This document shows, one piece after another, positions 8,931 to 19,260 of a stretch of 64,000 bases of DNA. Source of the DNA: Nitrosopumilus sp. (GTDB lineage: Archaea; Thermoproteota; Nitrososphaeria; Nitrososphaerales; Nitrosopumilaceae); the NCBI GenBank assembly GCA_965207075.1, contig CBDBLO010000002.1, positions 1,600,001-1,664,000 of the forward strand. The letters run 5' to 3'. Positions within the stretch are counted from its first letter, which is position 1, and each line of letters begins with the position of its first letter. The notes beneath the pieces are model-generated. The model made no database searches. It was not told the DNA's origin and was given only the letters and a program-made list of their open reading frames with translations. A program made the position numbers and the translations under genes.

Positions 8931-10766
8931 GTACACCCTCAGGTCGTTCGACATGGAGCCACGGGCTGACGCCGTCCCGTTCGCGTCAGGCGGGATCGTA
9001 ACCGGAGGCCGGGGTGCGCGCCATCCGCCTGATTCTGGCGCGCGCCGCTCACGCGGCCACCGCGGCCCTGTCCCGGGGCGGGCCGGGCCCGCCAAAGACG
9101 GAGTATCTGGTGCCGTCGGGGTTTGTGAGCGAGTACGGGGTGTCACCGGCCCTCTCAAACAGGCTCCAATCGCGGTCAAGCAGGTATTCCAGGAGCGCCC
9201 TGCCCGGTGAAACATTTTGCCGGTGGCATGTGCGGGTGAACGTGAGGAGGACCGACATCAGGAGCCTGCCCCCTGCCGTCATGGTCTTGCGCCTGACGTT
9301 CCGCTGCGGTATGAGCCCGTCCCGTATCTCGCGCTCCACGTCGTTGCTGTGCGGCGACATTCCCGGGTGCGCCTGGAACGTGAACAGGTTGGGAATGGCG
9401 TTTAGCAGGTGCGTTCGGAACCCGGGATCCTCGTACGACGCGGCGATCGCGTATGCCCGCCGCGAGAGCTCCATCATGGTGAGCGGCGCCAGCGTCTTGA
9501 TCCGCTTGGCGTCGCGGTACAGCCCGAGCAGCATGTCGTACCTTGCCTCGTCTTCCGGTTTTTTGCCGACCACCGCCACCCTTTCGGCCTTGCGCAGTAT
9601 GTGGACAAAGTCCCGCTGTATGGTGCCGGTCAGCTCCGGGTACCCGGCGTAGCCGTCGCATGTCACGGGCTTGCCCCGGAGCCACGCAAAGTGGACGGAG
9701 AGCACCGAGGCGGACCTGGTCGGCGAGAACAGGACGAACACCGCGGCGGGCGTGTACGCCACCCAGACGTATCCGTGGTGCCCGTCGCCGCGCCCGTACC
9801 TTGACTCGTCCATCTGGATGTGCGGCCGGAGCTGAATCATGCGCATTATCCGGGCGAGCATGCCCGACTGTATGTGCGTGGAGACCGCGCTCCTGCCGTT
9901 TCTCACGGCGTTGGGACTCAGCTCGAAGCCGAATATGCCGCGTATCATGTCCGCGATGCCCTCGTCCGTGTTTGCCGCCGCAAACATCATCAGTATGACC
10001 GACAGCAGGACGGGCCCAAGCGACGTCCCGTCAAGAAACGGGCTCGGCGCCCTGAAGACGCGGCCGCAGGACGGGCACCCGGCCCTGCCGATGACCGCCA
10101 TGGCGCACTGCACCGCGTAACACGCGTCAAGGTCGTACACGAGCTTGCACGCGGGACGCATCCCCGCGAGCGGCCTTTTGCAGCACTCGGACACCGCGTC
10201 GTCCACGGGGTAGTACAGCGGCGGAAGGGTGGCCCTGTTGTGGTGCGAGGCCCCGGCGTGGCCGACCGGGGGCCCGATCCTCCCGCCGCTTGGACCGCGA
10301 GTGACGTCGTCCTCATCGCCGCCGTCCTCCCGGCTGATCTTTTCCCCGGGCCCGCCCTTTGGGTCCTCGCCGCGCCTCCTCCGGAACTTGTCGCGCGCAC
10401 CGTTATAGCCTGACGGAGTCGACGTTGGCATGTTCTCGCTCTCGTAATAGGCAATCTTCCTTCTCATCCCTTCCATCTCTTCCCGCTGCCTCCGGTTCTC
10501 CTCCTCCAGCTCGCGTATCCTCCCAAACGCCTTCCTGAGCTCCCCCCTCAGCAGCTTGGACTCTGCGCCGCCCGTCTGAGCATCAAGGAGGATCCCAATC
10601 GTGTCCTCCAGGCTGTCAATCCGGGCGTGCAGCCTTTTGATATCCTCTCGCAAGGCTTCCTCTGACACGCGGACGGTGTCACGGGGTCGGATCTAAAGCT
10701 TGTGAACTGTTTTTGTACACCATTTGGTCAATTTTCACACATTTTGATTTCGACCTGAGGGTGTAC
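8931..10766 (-). mobile_element. Complete IS66-family insertion sequence (single-ORF type), 1836 bp
   Basis: Perfect 16-bp TIRs GTACACCCTCAGGTCG (8931-8946) / CGACCTGAGGGTGTAC (10751-10766); 8-bp TSD GAATACGG at 8923-8930 and 10767-10774. Confidence 0.93.
9049..10668 (-). CDS. IS66-family DDE transposase
   Basis: Coiled coil, STPS motif, zinc finger (CC..CPSC), catalytic QMDES / TCDGYAGY / SNDVEREIR. Confidence 0.92.
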   Translation of the reverse strand: MSEEALREDIKRLHARIDSLEDTIGILLDAQTGGAESKLLRGELRKAFGRIRELEEENRRQREEMEGMRRKIAYYESENMPTSTPSGYNGARDKFRRRRGEDPKGGPGEKISREDGGDEDDVTRGPSGGRIGPPVGHAGASHHNRATLPPLYYPVDDAVSECCKRPLAGMRPACKLVYDLDACYAVQCAMAVIGRAGCPSCGRVFRAPSPFLDGTSLGPVLLSVILMMFAAANTDEGIADMIRGIFGFELSPNAVRNGRSAVSTHIQSGMLARIMRMIQLRPHIQMDESRYGRGDGHHGYVWVAYTPAAVFVLFSPTRSASVLSVHFAWLRGKPVTCDGYAGYPELTGTIQRDFVHILRKAERVAVVGKKPEDEARYDMLLGLYRDAKRIKTLAPLTMMELSRRAYAIAASYEDPGFRTHLLNAIPNLFTFQAHPGMSPHSNDVEREIRDGLIPQRNVRRKTMTAGGRLLMSVLLTFTRTCHRQNVSPGRALLEYLLDRDWSLFERAGDTPYSLTNPDGTRYSVFGGPGPPRDRAAVAA

Positions 10767-10817
10767 GAATACGGGTTTAGAACGTTTATTTAGTATGAAG
10801 AGATACACAGGGTAATT

Positions 10818-11951
10818 ATGGCAGCAATTGATAAGGCAGCAATCGGATTCTCAATTGCAATCGTGGCGATAGGCGTGGCCTTTGCAATGGCTGGAGAGGC
10901 GACGCAGAGCAGTACGCTTGCGCCTGTGGCACCAGTTGAGAGACCGGCACCAGTCATGGAGCCTGAGCCAGAGATGATGGAACCGGAGCCAGAGATGATG
11001 GACAAGGACAAAGAGATGATGGACAAGGACAAAGAGATGATGGACAAGGACAAAGAGATGATGGACAAGGACAAAGAGATGATGGACAAGGACAAAGAGA
11101 TGATGGACAAGGACAAAGAGATGACAATGAAGGACAAGATGGCGCTTACCATCGAATTTAGAGCAGGAACGGAGACGATCGAGATACTCATATCGTCATC
11201 GTATGAGCTAAGCGACGAAGAGACAGAATGTCCAGAAAACAAGCTTGGAATCAGCGGCCATTGCGTTCCGTACTACATCAAGGGTGGAATGGTAACTGAC
11301 GCCAGCGTCGTCACGGAGGATAACTCCGTGGTCATTGCAATCGACGCGGTAGAAGACGGGAAACTGACGCTCATCAAGTCAAAAGAAGGCATCGAGGTAG
11401 TCGATCTCATACTTGTAGACGGCGAAGAGACAGACGACTACAGTGTGATGGAAAAGTCAGAAATGATGAAGGACAAAGACAGGGACGCAATGGAGGAAAA
11501 GTATGGTGACTCTGAATATGGAGACGACATGGCAAGAGAGGACAAGGACGCAATGGAGGAAAAGTATGGTGACTCTGAATATGGAGACGACATGGCAAGA
11601 GAGGACAAGGACGCAGAGACATCTGAGAAAGAGGATACCATGGCAGGACCCCAGACAGTCACAGTCGACATGCCAGAAGGAACGGCATTGCCGGGATGTG
11701 AGGTGGACGACGCATGCTTCGTACCAGCAGATGTTACGATCAACGCAGGTGACACAGTATCATGGATCAATTCCGACACGGCTGCACACACCATAACCAG
11801 CGGCAGCGCAACGGACGGGCCCACGGGCATCTTTGACAGCAGCCTGGTCATGGCCGGAGCGGTCTTTGAGCATACGTTTGGAGAGGCAGGCACCATTGAG
11901 TACTTTTGCATGGTTCATCCATGGATGGAAGGTACGGTAACTGTAAACTAG
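10818..11951 (+). CDS. Membrane-anchored/secreted plastocyanin-like (cupredoxin) protein with Met-rich repeats
   Basis: N-terminal hydrophobic helix; C-terminal type-1 Cu ligands AHTIT..YFCMVHPWM. Confidence 0.9.
   Translation: MAAIDKAAIGFSIAIVAIGVAFAMAGEATQSSTLAPVAPVERPAPVMEPEPEMMEPEPEMMDKDKEMMDKDKEMMDKDKEMMDKDKEMMDKDKEMMDKDKEMTMKDKMALTIEFRAGTETIEILISSSYELSDEETECPENKLGISGHCVPYYIKGGMVTDASVVTEDNSVVIAIDAVEDGKLTLIKSKEGIEVVDLILVDGEETDDYSVMEKSEMMKDKDRDAMEEKYGDSEYGDDMAREDKDAMEEKYGDSEYGDDMAREDKDAETSEKEDTMAGPQTVTVDMPEGTALPGCEVDDACFVPADVTINAGDTVSWINSDTAAHTITSGSATDGPTGIFDSSLVMAGAVFEHTFGEAGTIEYFCMVHPWMEGTVTVN
10991..11116 (+). repeat. 21-bp coding tandem repeat x6 (EMMDKDK)
   Basis: AGAGATGATGGACAAGGACAA repeated perfectly six times. 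Confidence 0.95.
11483..11608 (+). repeat. 63-bp coding tandem repeat x2 (DAMEEKYGDSEYGDDMAREDK)
   Basis: Two identical units at 11483-11545 and 11546-11608. Confidence 0.93.
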
Positions 11952-11953
11952 GA

Positions 11954-11972
11954 TTTTTTATTTTTGTTTTTT
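11954..11972 (+). terminator. Archaeal T-rich terminator
   Basis: TTTTTTATTTTTGTTTTTT immediately after the cupredoxin stop codon. Confidence 0.65.
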
Positions 11973-12152
11973 AACCGGCAGTACGCGCCGTGCGCGGCTC
12001 GCGTGTGAGCCAATCACGCGAAAGCTACGCAGAGATTAGCCACTCTGGTGTGCGGCATCAGGCAAAAGCCTGCGGGCACCATGTCGGCAAACACGGCGCT
12101 TCCTGATCACCCCGTACCACGTCAGGCATGCATGGAAAAGACGGGGCTTCAG

Positions 12153-13982
12153 TTACCGGCTTTGCATCATCTTTTTCTGGAGAGTGCGGTTGTACGACAC
12201 GCCAAACCTGTGTGACTCGTCCCGGGCATGCTGCAGTATCTTAAGTGACTGATCGCTTCTTGGAATCACGACCGGGTCGCTGCGCCCGGGCATGTACACC
12301 TCCTCGTTCTCCTTTGCAAGCGAGATGCAGGGCAGGTCGCGTAGTCCCAGCTTGAAAAGTGACTTTAGCGCGGCGCCAAGCTGTCCCTTGCCGCCGTCAA
12401 TTACCACCAAGTCCGGAAGCTCTGCCGTCTTTTTGTCCGTGCCGGGGTCGGCGGCAGGGGCAGCGTCGCTGTTACCAGCATCGCCGCGGCCACCCGCCCC
12501 CCCGTCCAGGATGCGGCGATACCTCCTGTAGACAATCTCAGATATCATCGCGTAGTCGTCGCGGCCGTCCACGGTCTTTATCCTGAACCTGCGGTACCCC
12601 GGCTTGTCAGGAACGCCCCCCACAAACCGCGACATCGAGCCCACCGCAAACGCCTCGCCGTGGTTCGAAACGTCAAAGCATTCTATTACGTGCGGGATGC
12701 GCGCGAGCCCGAGCGCGCCCTGCAGCTGCAAGAGTCCGGGAGATTCTGCGGATGCGGGGCGGCCGCGGCCGCTCCCAGTACGGCCGTCCCCGGCACCGGG
12801 AGAGCCGCCAGCCTCGCCATGACCGCCGCCGGTGCCGCCCGCCGGATCGCCGGCGCTGCTTTCATGCACTATCGCCACGTTTCGTAGTATCAGGTCAACC
12901 ATCTCCTTGCGCCTGCCCCTCCGGGGCACCGACATGTCCACCGCGTGGCCTGCGCGCTCAGAGAGCAGGGACTCCAAGAGCCCCGCGTCCTGCGGCATCT
13001 CGCTCAGTACGACGTGGTGCGGTATGCGCCTAGTCGTATAATACTGGTACAGGAACCCGGCAAACGTGTTGTCGGCCATCGCGTCAAACACGAACTTGTC
13101 GCTGTCCCGGATCACCCCGTGGATCATGCGGAACGTCATGACCACGGCCGTGTGGTCGCGTACTGCGATGCCAAAGTACTCCTCGTCGGAGCTCTTCACG
13201 CGCTCCATCTTCTGGCCCGAGTTCAGCCCGTCAAGGCGGACAAGCGTGTCCCGTATCTCGATTGCGCGCTCAAAGTGCCTCGCGTCGGCGGCCTCTTTCA
13301 TCTGCAGCCTTAGCTTTTCAGAGAAGATCTTTAGCTGGTCGGATCCCGCAAGGACGTCCTTGAGGGCGTCGACGTGGCCCTGATACCTCTTCTGGGCCGA
13401 CTCGAACTCGCAGGGCCCCTCGCAGTTTCCGAGGTGGTACTCCAGGCAGACCTTTTTCGGAAGCGTCTTGCAGATGCGTATCTGAAACGCCTTTCTCAGC
13501 GCCCCGACTGTGAGTATCTTGGAGCTCCCCTGCACAAACGGCCCAAAGGTCTGCCCCTTGCCAAGAAAGCGCCCGTCCCGGGTCCGCCGGGACACCAGCA
13601 GCCGCGGGTACTTTTCATCGGATATCCGCAGGTACGTGTAGCGCTGCTGGTCCTTGAGCTCTATGTTAAAGCGCGGCCGGTGCCGCTTTATCATGTTGGA
13701 CTCGAGCAAGAAGGCCTCGCCCTCCGTGTCAGTTATCACAAACTCCACGCCTGCCACCAGCCCTACCAGCCTCTGCGTCTTGTAGTTATCGTGCGTCTTG
13801 TTGCCAAAGTACGACCTTACGCGCTTGCGCAGGCTCTTTGCCTTTCCGATGTAGATTATGCGCCCCTGGCCGTCCTTCATTATGTAGACCCCGGGGCTAT
13901 CAGGTATCGCAGAAGGCTGCATGTCAAACGGCCGCTGCGGTGGCGGCGGCTGCGCGGTGGCGGCGGTGTCAGCAGGAGTCAT
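12153..13982 (-). CDS. uvrC: Excinuclease ABC subunit C
   Basis: GIY-YIG (PGVYIM..IYIGKAKSLRKR), Cys cluster, IECFDVSN, DDYAM, VIDGGKGQL, RDESHRF. Confidence 0.95.
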   Translation of the reverse strand: MTPADTAATAQPPPPQRPFDMQPSAIPDSPGVYIMKDGQGRIIYIGKAKSLRKRVRSYFGNKTHDNYKTQRLVGLVAGVEFVITDTEGEAFLLESNMIKRHRPRFNIELKDQQRYTYLRISDEKYPRLLVSRRTRDGRFLGKGQTFGPFVQGSSKILTVGALRKAFQIRICKTLPKKVCLEYHLGNCEGPCEFESAQKRYQGHVDALKDVLAGSDQLKIFSEKLRLQMKEAADARHFERAIEIRDTLVRLDGLNSGQKMERVKSSDEEYFGIAVRDHTAVVMTFRMIHGVIRDSDKFVFDAMADNTFAGFLYQYYTTRRIPHHVVLSEMPQDAGLLESLLSERAGHAVDMSVPRRGRRKEMVDLILRNVAIVHESSAGDPAGGTGGGHGEAGGSPGAGDGRTGSGRGRPASAESPGLLQLQGALGLARIPHVIECFDVSNHGEAFAVGSMSRFVGGVPDKPGYRRFRIKTVDGRDDYAMISEIVYRRYRRILDGGAGGRGDAGNSDAAPAADPGTDKKTAELPDLVVIDGGKGQLGAALKSLFKLGLRDLPCISLAKENEEVYMPGRSDPVVIPRSDQSLKILQHARDESHRFGVSYNRTLQKKMMQSR

Positions 13983-14018
13983 TTCAAAAGACAGTCACAG
14001 CAGGAACCACACCAAATA

Positions 14019-17000
14019 TCACTGCTTGTCTGTCCTGCTGCGCCTTTTTGCGGCAAGATCCCGGAGCAGGTACCGGCCCGTGTGGCTCTCCGGCACCTCG
14101 GCCACCTGCTCGGGCGTCCCCGTGCATACTATCTGGCCGCCCGCCTCGCCGCCCTCGGGGCCCAGATCTATTATCCAGTCCGAGTTCCTGATCACGTCCA
14201 TGTTGTGCTCTATGACCACCACGGTGTTTCCCATCCTGACAAGCCGGTCAAGCACGTCAAGCAGCTTTTGCACGTCTGCAAAATGCAGCCCGGTGGTGGG
14301 CTCGTCGAGTATGTACATGGTCCTGCCCGTGCTGGGGCGGGACAGCTCGGATGCAAGCTTTACCCTTTGCGCCTCCCCTCCCGACAGGGTGGTGGAGGGC
14401 TGCCCCAGCTTGATGTATCCGAGCCCCACGTCGGCCATGGTCTGCAGCTTTGAGCGCACCGCGGGGACGTTTGCAAAGAACTCGAGCGCCTCGTCTATCG
14501 ACATGCCAAGGACCTCCGTGATGTTCTTTCCCTTGTACGTGACTGCAAGCGTCTCAGAATTGTACCGCTTGCCGCCGCACTCGTCGCACGTGACCTGCAC
14601 GTCGGAGAGGAACTGCATCTCGATCTGCTTTACGCCCGCCCCCTCGCACGCAAAGCACCGGCCCACCTTGACGTTGAAGGAGAACTGGCCCGGCTCGTAG
14701 CCGCGCGTGCGTGCAAGCGGGGTCGAGGCGAATATGGAGCGCACGGGGGTGAATACGTCGATGTACGTGGCCGGGTTCGAGCGCGGCGTCCTTCCTATGG
14801 GGGACTGGTCTATCTCTATCACCTTGTCGACACGCTGCATGCCGTCTATCCTCTTGTGCGCGCCCGCCCTAGCGGTGGATTGGTACATCCGCGCCATAAG
14901 CCCCTTGTAGAGGACCTCCGTGACCAGGGTCGACTTGCCGGAGCCGGACACGCCGGTCACGCAGACAAACCGCCCGAGCGGAATCTCCACGTCTATGCCC
15001 TTTAGGTTGTGCTCAGAGGCGCCCCGGATCACGACGGTGCGGCGGCCGTCGCCTTCGGGGTCTGCGCTGCGCGCCTCAGTCGATACTGTCATCTCCCCCC
15101 GCAGGTACGCGCTTGTGGGCGACCGGCTGTCGGCCAGCATCTCTTGGACCGTGCCCTCAAACACGACGTGCCCCCCGTGTATCCCGGCCCCGGGCCCCAG
15201 GTCCACGATATAGTCGGAGCTTCGTATGACCTCCTCGTCGTGCTCTACTATTATCACCGTGTTTCCCAGGTTGCGCAGCTTTGTGAGCGTGCGGATGAGC
15301 CGCTCGTTGTCCCGCTGGTGCAGTCCGATGGTGGGCTCGTCGAGCACGTACAGGACGCCGGTCAGGTTGGAGCCTATCTGGGTTGCAAGCCTGATGCGCT
15401 GCGACTCGCCGCCGGACAGGGTGGAGCTCCGCCTGTCAAGGGTCAGGTAGGTGAGCCCGACGTTCATCAGAAACTCCAGCCGCTCCGTGATCTCCTTTAG
15501 TATGTCGCGCGCAATGTACGCCTCCATGTCCGAGAGCCGCAGATCGGAGAAGAACTCGTGGCACGACTCTATTGACATGTCGCACACCTCCATTATCCCC
15601 CTGCCGCCCACCTTGACTGCAAGCGATTCGGGCCTGAGCTTCTTGCCTTCGCATCTGCCGCACGGTATGTCGCGCATGAACTTTCGAAGCCAGTCCCGCT
15701 TCGAGTCTGACGTGGTATTCTCAAGCATGTAATACAGGTCGTTCATCACCCCGTTGTACGTCTCGGGATCCTTCAGGGTGGACATCTTCTCCCGCCTCAG
15801 GCCGGTCTCAGGGGCCCCCCACAGCAGGAGCTGCATCTCCTTTTTGCCCAGGTTCCCAATCGGGGTGGTCAGATCGATCCCAAAGTATTCTGCGACGTCG
15901 ATCAGCTTGTCGGTCTTGTATGCAGAGTACTGCCCCCGCCACGGGACGATCGGGTACTCGAGCAGGCACATGGACCGGTCTGGAATCACGAGATCCTCAT
16001 CAAACTGCAGGTTGACGCCCAGCCCGTGGCACTCGTCGCACATGCCAAAGGGCGAGTTGAACGAGAAGTTGCGCGGCTCCATCTCGCCTACGCTCAGCCC
16101 GCAGTGCGGGCACGCGTTCTTTTGGGAGAATACCGCGTCCTTCAAAGAATCCTTGGCGCGGCCGCGGGTGCGGGAGCTCTTGCTGCTGCTGCTACTGCCC
16201 GCACCGCGCGACGACGCGACAGATATTACAACCGTTCCCTTTGACGCCTTTATCGCAGACTGTACGGACTCAAAGAGCCGAGAGCGCTCCTGCACGGTGG
16301 GCGTTATGCGGTCCACCACGATCTCTATATCGTGCCACTTTTTCTTGTCAAGCGCCGGGAAGCGCCCTACGCCCCCGCCGCCCATAAGCGACGCCACCTC
16401 GCCGTTGACCCGGACGCGCGAAAAGCCGTCGCGCCTCGCGTCGTCAAACACCTTTTCATGCGTGCCCTTCTTGCGCTGTATTACGGGCGCCAGCACCAGG
16501 ACCGGTCGCCCCTCGTACATCCGGAGCACGGAATCGCATATGGCGTCAAGGGACTGCGTCGATATCTTCCTGCCGCACCCCGTGCAGTGCGGCACGCCGA
16601 TGCGCGCGTACAGGAGCCTCAGATAGTCGTATACCTCGGTGGTGGTTCCCACGGTGGACCTCGGGTTTTTTGCAGTGGTCTTCTGCTGTATGGAGATTGC
16701 AGGGGACAGTCCCTCGATGTAGTCCACCTCGGGCTTTTCCATCATCTCCAGAAACTGCCTCGCGTACGCGGAGAGCGACTCGACGTACCGCCTCTGCCCC
16801 TCCGCGTATATGGTGTCAAACGCAAGCGACGACTTGCCGGAGCCGGACAGGCCGCTTATCACCACCAGGCTGTTCTTCGGCATGCTTGCAGTGATGTTCT
16901 TGAGGTTGTGGTGCCGGGCGCCACGCACGGTGAGCCTTCCGGCATACTGCGCGGGGTCGATCCCGTTGGGCGTCGTGTCATAACCGTACGGGTGACGGGG

Positions 17001-17102
17001 TGATTGGGAAGAGGAGGAGGAGGAGGAGGAGGAGAGAGATTCAGAACCCAGGGGCCTAGTTCTCGCGGAGCCGTTACGGGCGCCCCTTTTTGACGCTGCC
17101 AT
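14019..17102 (-). CDS. uvrA: Excinuclease ABC subunit A
   Basis: Two ABC ATPase modules ([26 protein letters not shown]) and zinc fingers. Start uncertain; the ORF is open to 17219. Confidence 0.95.
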   Translation of the reverse strand: MAASKRGARNGSARTRPLGSESLSSSSSSSSSQSPRHPYGYDTTPNGIDPAQYAGRLTVRGARHHNLKNITASMPKNSLVVISGLSGSGKSSLAFDTIYAEGQRRYVESLSAYARQFLEMMEKPEVDYIEGLSPAISIQQKTTAKNPRSTVGTTTEVYDYLRLLYARIGVPHCTGCGRKISTQSLDAICDSVLRMYEGRPVLVLAPVIQRKKGTHEKVFDDARRDGFSRVRVNGEVASLMGGGGVGRFPALDKKKWHDIEIVVDRITPTVQERSRLFESVQSAIKASKGTVVISVASSRGAGSSSSSKSSRTRGRAKDSLKDAVFSQKNACPHCGLSVGEMEPRNFSFNSPFGMCDECHGLGVNLQFDEDLVIPDRSMCLLEYPIVPWRGQYSAYKTDKLIDVAEYFGIDLTTPIGNLGKKEMQLLLWGAPETGLRREKMSTLKDPETYNGVMNDLYYMLENTTSDSKRDWLRKFMRDIPCGRCEGKKLRPESLAVKVGGRGIMEVCDMSIESCHEFFSDLRLSDMEAYIARDILKEITERLEFLMNVGLTYLTLDRRSSTLSGGESQRIRLATQIGSNLTGVLYVLDEPTIGLHQRDNERLIRTLTKLRNLGNTVIIVEHDEEVIRSSDYIVDLGPGAGIHGGHVVFEGTVQEMLADSRSPTSAYLRGEMTVSTEARSADPEGDGRRTVVIRGASEHNLKGIDVEIPLGRFVCVTGVSGSGKSTLVTEVLYKGLMARMYQSTARAGAHKRIDGMQRVDKVIEIDQSPIGRTPRSNPATYIDVFTPVRSIFASTPLARTRGYEPGQFSFNVKVGRCFACEGAGVKQIEMQFLSDVQVTCDECGGKRYNSETLAVTYKGKNITEVLGMSIDEALEFFANVPAVRSKLQTMADVGLGYIKLGQPSTTLSGGEAQRVKLASELSRPSTGRTMYILDEPTTGLHFADVQKLLDVLDRLVRMGNTVVVIEHNMDVIRNSDWIIDLGPEGGEAGGQIVCTGTPEQVAEVPESHTGRYLLRDLAAKRRSRTDKQ

Positions 17103-19260
17103 CTCCGCCGGCGTCGTCGCGACCGTTGCGGTCCTTGCCGCGGCCCCCGCCGCCCTTTTTCTTGCCAACGCGAGTCCTCTTTTTCTGCCGTCCGCGGCCC
17201 CCGCCACCCTTTTCACCATCCCTTGACTCGAGTTCCTCCGTCAGTCTTTTTATTGTATCCCTGCATTTTATGGCCTGCTCAAAGTCAAGATCGTGCGAAT
17301 ACTGCTCCATCTTGGCCCCCAAGTCGGCAAGCTCCCTGTGTATGTCGTGTACGGACTTTGTCTTCGAGTCGTCAAACGCGCCCGAGTCCGCGGCGCCCGC
17401 GGGGATTGCCTTGGTTATGGTTCTCGGTACGAGCCCGTGCCGCTCGTTGTACTCGGACTGCCTCCTCCGGCGGCGCTCAGTCTCGTCCATGGCGGCCCTC
17501 ATCGAGTCGGTCACGGTGTCCGCGTACATTATGACGGAGCCGTTTGCGTTGCGCGCCGCCCTGCCAAACGTCTGTATGAGGCTCGTGGTGTTGCGCAAAA
17601 ACCCCTCCTTGTCCGCGTCAAGTATGGCCACAAGCGAGACCTCGGGTATGTCCAGCCCCTCCCGCAGCAGGTTTATCCCGACAAGCACGTCAAACTCGCC
17701 CAGCCGCAGCTGCCGTATCAGCTCCGTGCGCTGCAGCCCCTCTATCTCAGAGTGCAGGTACCGCACGCGCACGTCCCTGCGCGACAGGTACTCGGCCAGA
17801 TCCTCGGCCATCCTCTTTGTAAGCGTGGTCACGAGCACCCGCTCACCACGCCCGGCCCTGCCGCCTATCTCCGATATCAGGTCGTCCATCTGTCCCTGCG
17901 TGGGCCGCAGCTCCACGCGGGGGTCAAGCAGCCCCGTGGGCCGCACGAGCTGCTCGGCCACCCCCGAGGAGACCTCGCGCTCGTACGCGGCCGGGGTGGC
18001 AGACACGAATATTGTCGGGTGCCTCATCACGTACTCCTCGAACTCTTCGAACCTCAGCGGCCTGTTGTCGTACGCGCTGGCCAGCCTGAATCCGTGCGTC
18101 ACCAGCTCGCGCTTGCGCGAGTGGTCCCCCTTGTACATGCCGTGCAGCTGCGGCAGCGTCACGTGCGACTCGTCTATGACCAACAGAAAGTCCTCGTCAA
18201 AAAAGTCCATCAGGCAGAACGCCTGCTGGCCCGGCCTGCGGCCGTCAAAGTGCCTCGAATAGTTCTCTATGCCGGAGCAGTATCCGAGCTCCTCGATCAT
18301 CTCGAGGTCATACGTCGTGCGGGACTCCAGCCGCTGCCGCTCAAGCTCCGCAAGCTCGGGCAGCCTGCCGGCAAGCTCTTCTCTGATCGACAGGATTGCG
18401 TTTGCCCGCACGTCGCTTGCGATAAGGTAGTGCTTTGCGGGAAATATGCGCAGCTCCGGCAGGTCCCGCACCACGTCGCGCGACACCTTGTCAAGTATCG
18501 ACACCCGCTCTATCTCGTCCCCGAACATGGATATGCGCACCAGGTCCTCGGAGTACGCGGGCGTGATCTCAAGCGTGTCGCCGCGGACCCTAAAGTTTCC
18601 GGGCGCGACTTCCGTGTCGTTGCGCTCGTAGCGCGCGTCGACGAGCCTCTGGATCAGCGCGCCGCGCCCCAGCTGGTCGCCGCGGCGTACGCGCAGGGCC
18701 AGGTTGTCCCAGTCCCGGGGGTTTCCAAGGGAGTATATGCACGACACCGTGGCGACGATTATGGTCGGCTCGCCGGAGAGCAGCATCGCGGTGGCCTCCA
18801 GACGCATCTTCTCGATCTTCTCGTTGACCTGCGTGTCCTTTTCAATGTACGTGTCAGTCTGCGGTATGTAGCTCTCAGGCTGGTAGTAGTCGTAATATGA
18901 CACAAAGTAGCCCACGTTGTTGCGCGGAAAGAACTGCTTTAGCTCAGAATACAGCTGGGCCGCAAGCGTCTTGTTGTGCGATATCACAAGCGTGTTCTTG
19001 CCGCATTTGGCAATCACGTTTGCCACGGTAAACGTCTTTCCGGAGCCCGTCACCCCGAGGAGGGTCTGCCTCTTGTTCTCACTCACTCCAGATGCCAGTG
19101 CCGACACGGCCTGCGGCTGGTCCCCGGTGGGCTCGAACGGGGAGGCCAGCTCGAATTTGGGGGCATGATCATACAGGGGGGAGAATGGCGTGCCCGTGGC
19201 GGTATCGGCAGCGGCCGACACGTCTGCTGCAACGGTTCTTGCGCGCCCCATGATCACCAC
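17074..19260 (-). CDS. uvrB: Excinuclease ABC subunit B
   Basis: GVTGSGKT, YYDYYQPE beta-hairpin, DESH, GINLLREGLD, GRAAR. Confidence 0.96.
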   Translation of the reverse strand: MVIMGRARTVAADVSAAADTATGTPFSPLYDHAPKFELASPFEPTGDQPQAVSALASGVSENKRQTLLGVTGSGKTFTVANVIAKCGKNTLVISHNKTLAAQLYSELKQFFPRNNVGYFVSYYDYYQPESYIPQTDTYIEKDTQVNEKIEKMRLEATAMLLSGEPTIIVATVSCIYSLGNPRDWDNLALRVRRGDQLGRGALIQRLVDARYERNDTEVAPGNFRVRGDTLEITPAYSEDLVRISMFGDEIERVSILDKVSRDVVRDLPELRIFPAKHYLIASDVRANAILSIREELAGRLPELAELERQRLESRTTYDLEMIEELGYCSGIENYSRHFDGRRPGQQAFCLMDFFDEDFLLVIDESHVTLPQLHGMYKGDHSRKRELVTHGFRLASAYDNRPLRFEEFEEYVMRHPTIFVSATPAAYEREVSSGVAEQLVRPTGLLDPRVELRPTQGQMDDLISEIGGRAGRGERVLVTTLTKRMAEDLAEYLSRRDVRVRYLHSEIEGLQRTELIRQLRLGEFDVLVGINLLREGLDIPEVSLVAILDADKEGFLRNTTSLIQTFGRAARNANGSVIMYADTVTDSMRAAMDETERRRRRQSEYNERHGLVPRTITKAIPAGAADSGAFDDSKTKSVHDIHRELADLGAKMEQYSHDLDFEQAIKCRDTIKRLTEELESRDGEKGGGGRGRQKKRTRVGKKKGGGGRGKDRNGRDDAGGDGSVKKGRP

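Noticed and set aside
10991-11116. CRISPR or iteron array
   Set aside because: It is an in-frame coding repeat with no spacers.
17293-18900. Long antisense and alternative-frame ORFs (e.g. 535 aa here, 3802..5121, 36633..37820, 51360..52448)
   Set aside because: They are shadows of well-supported genes in high-GC DNA and have no recognisable motifs.
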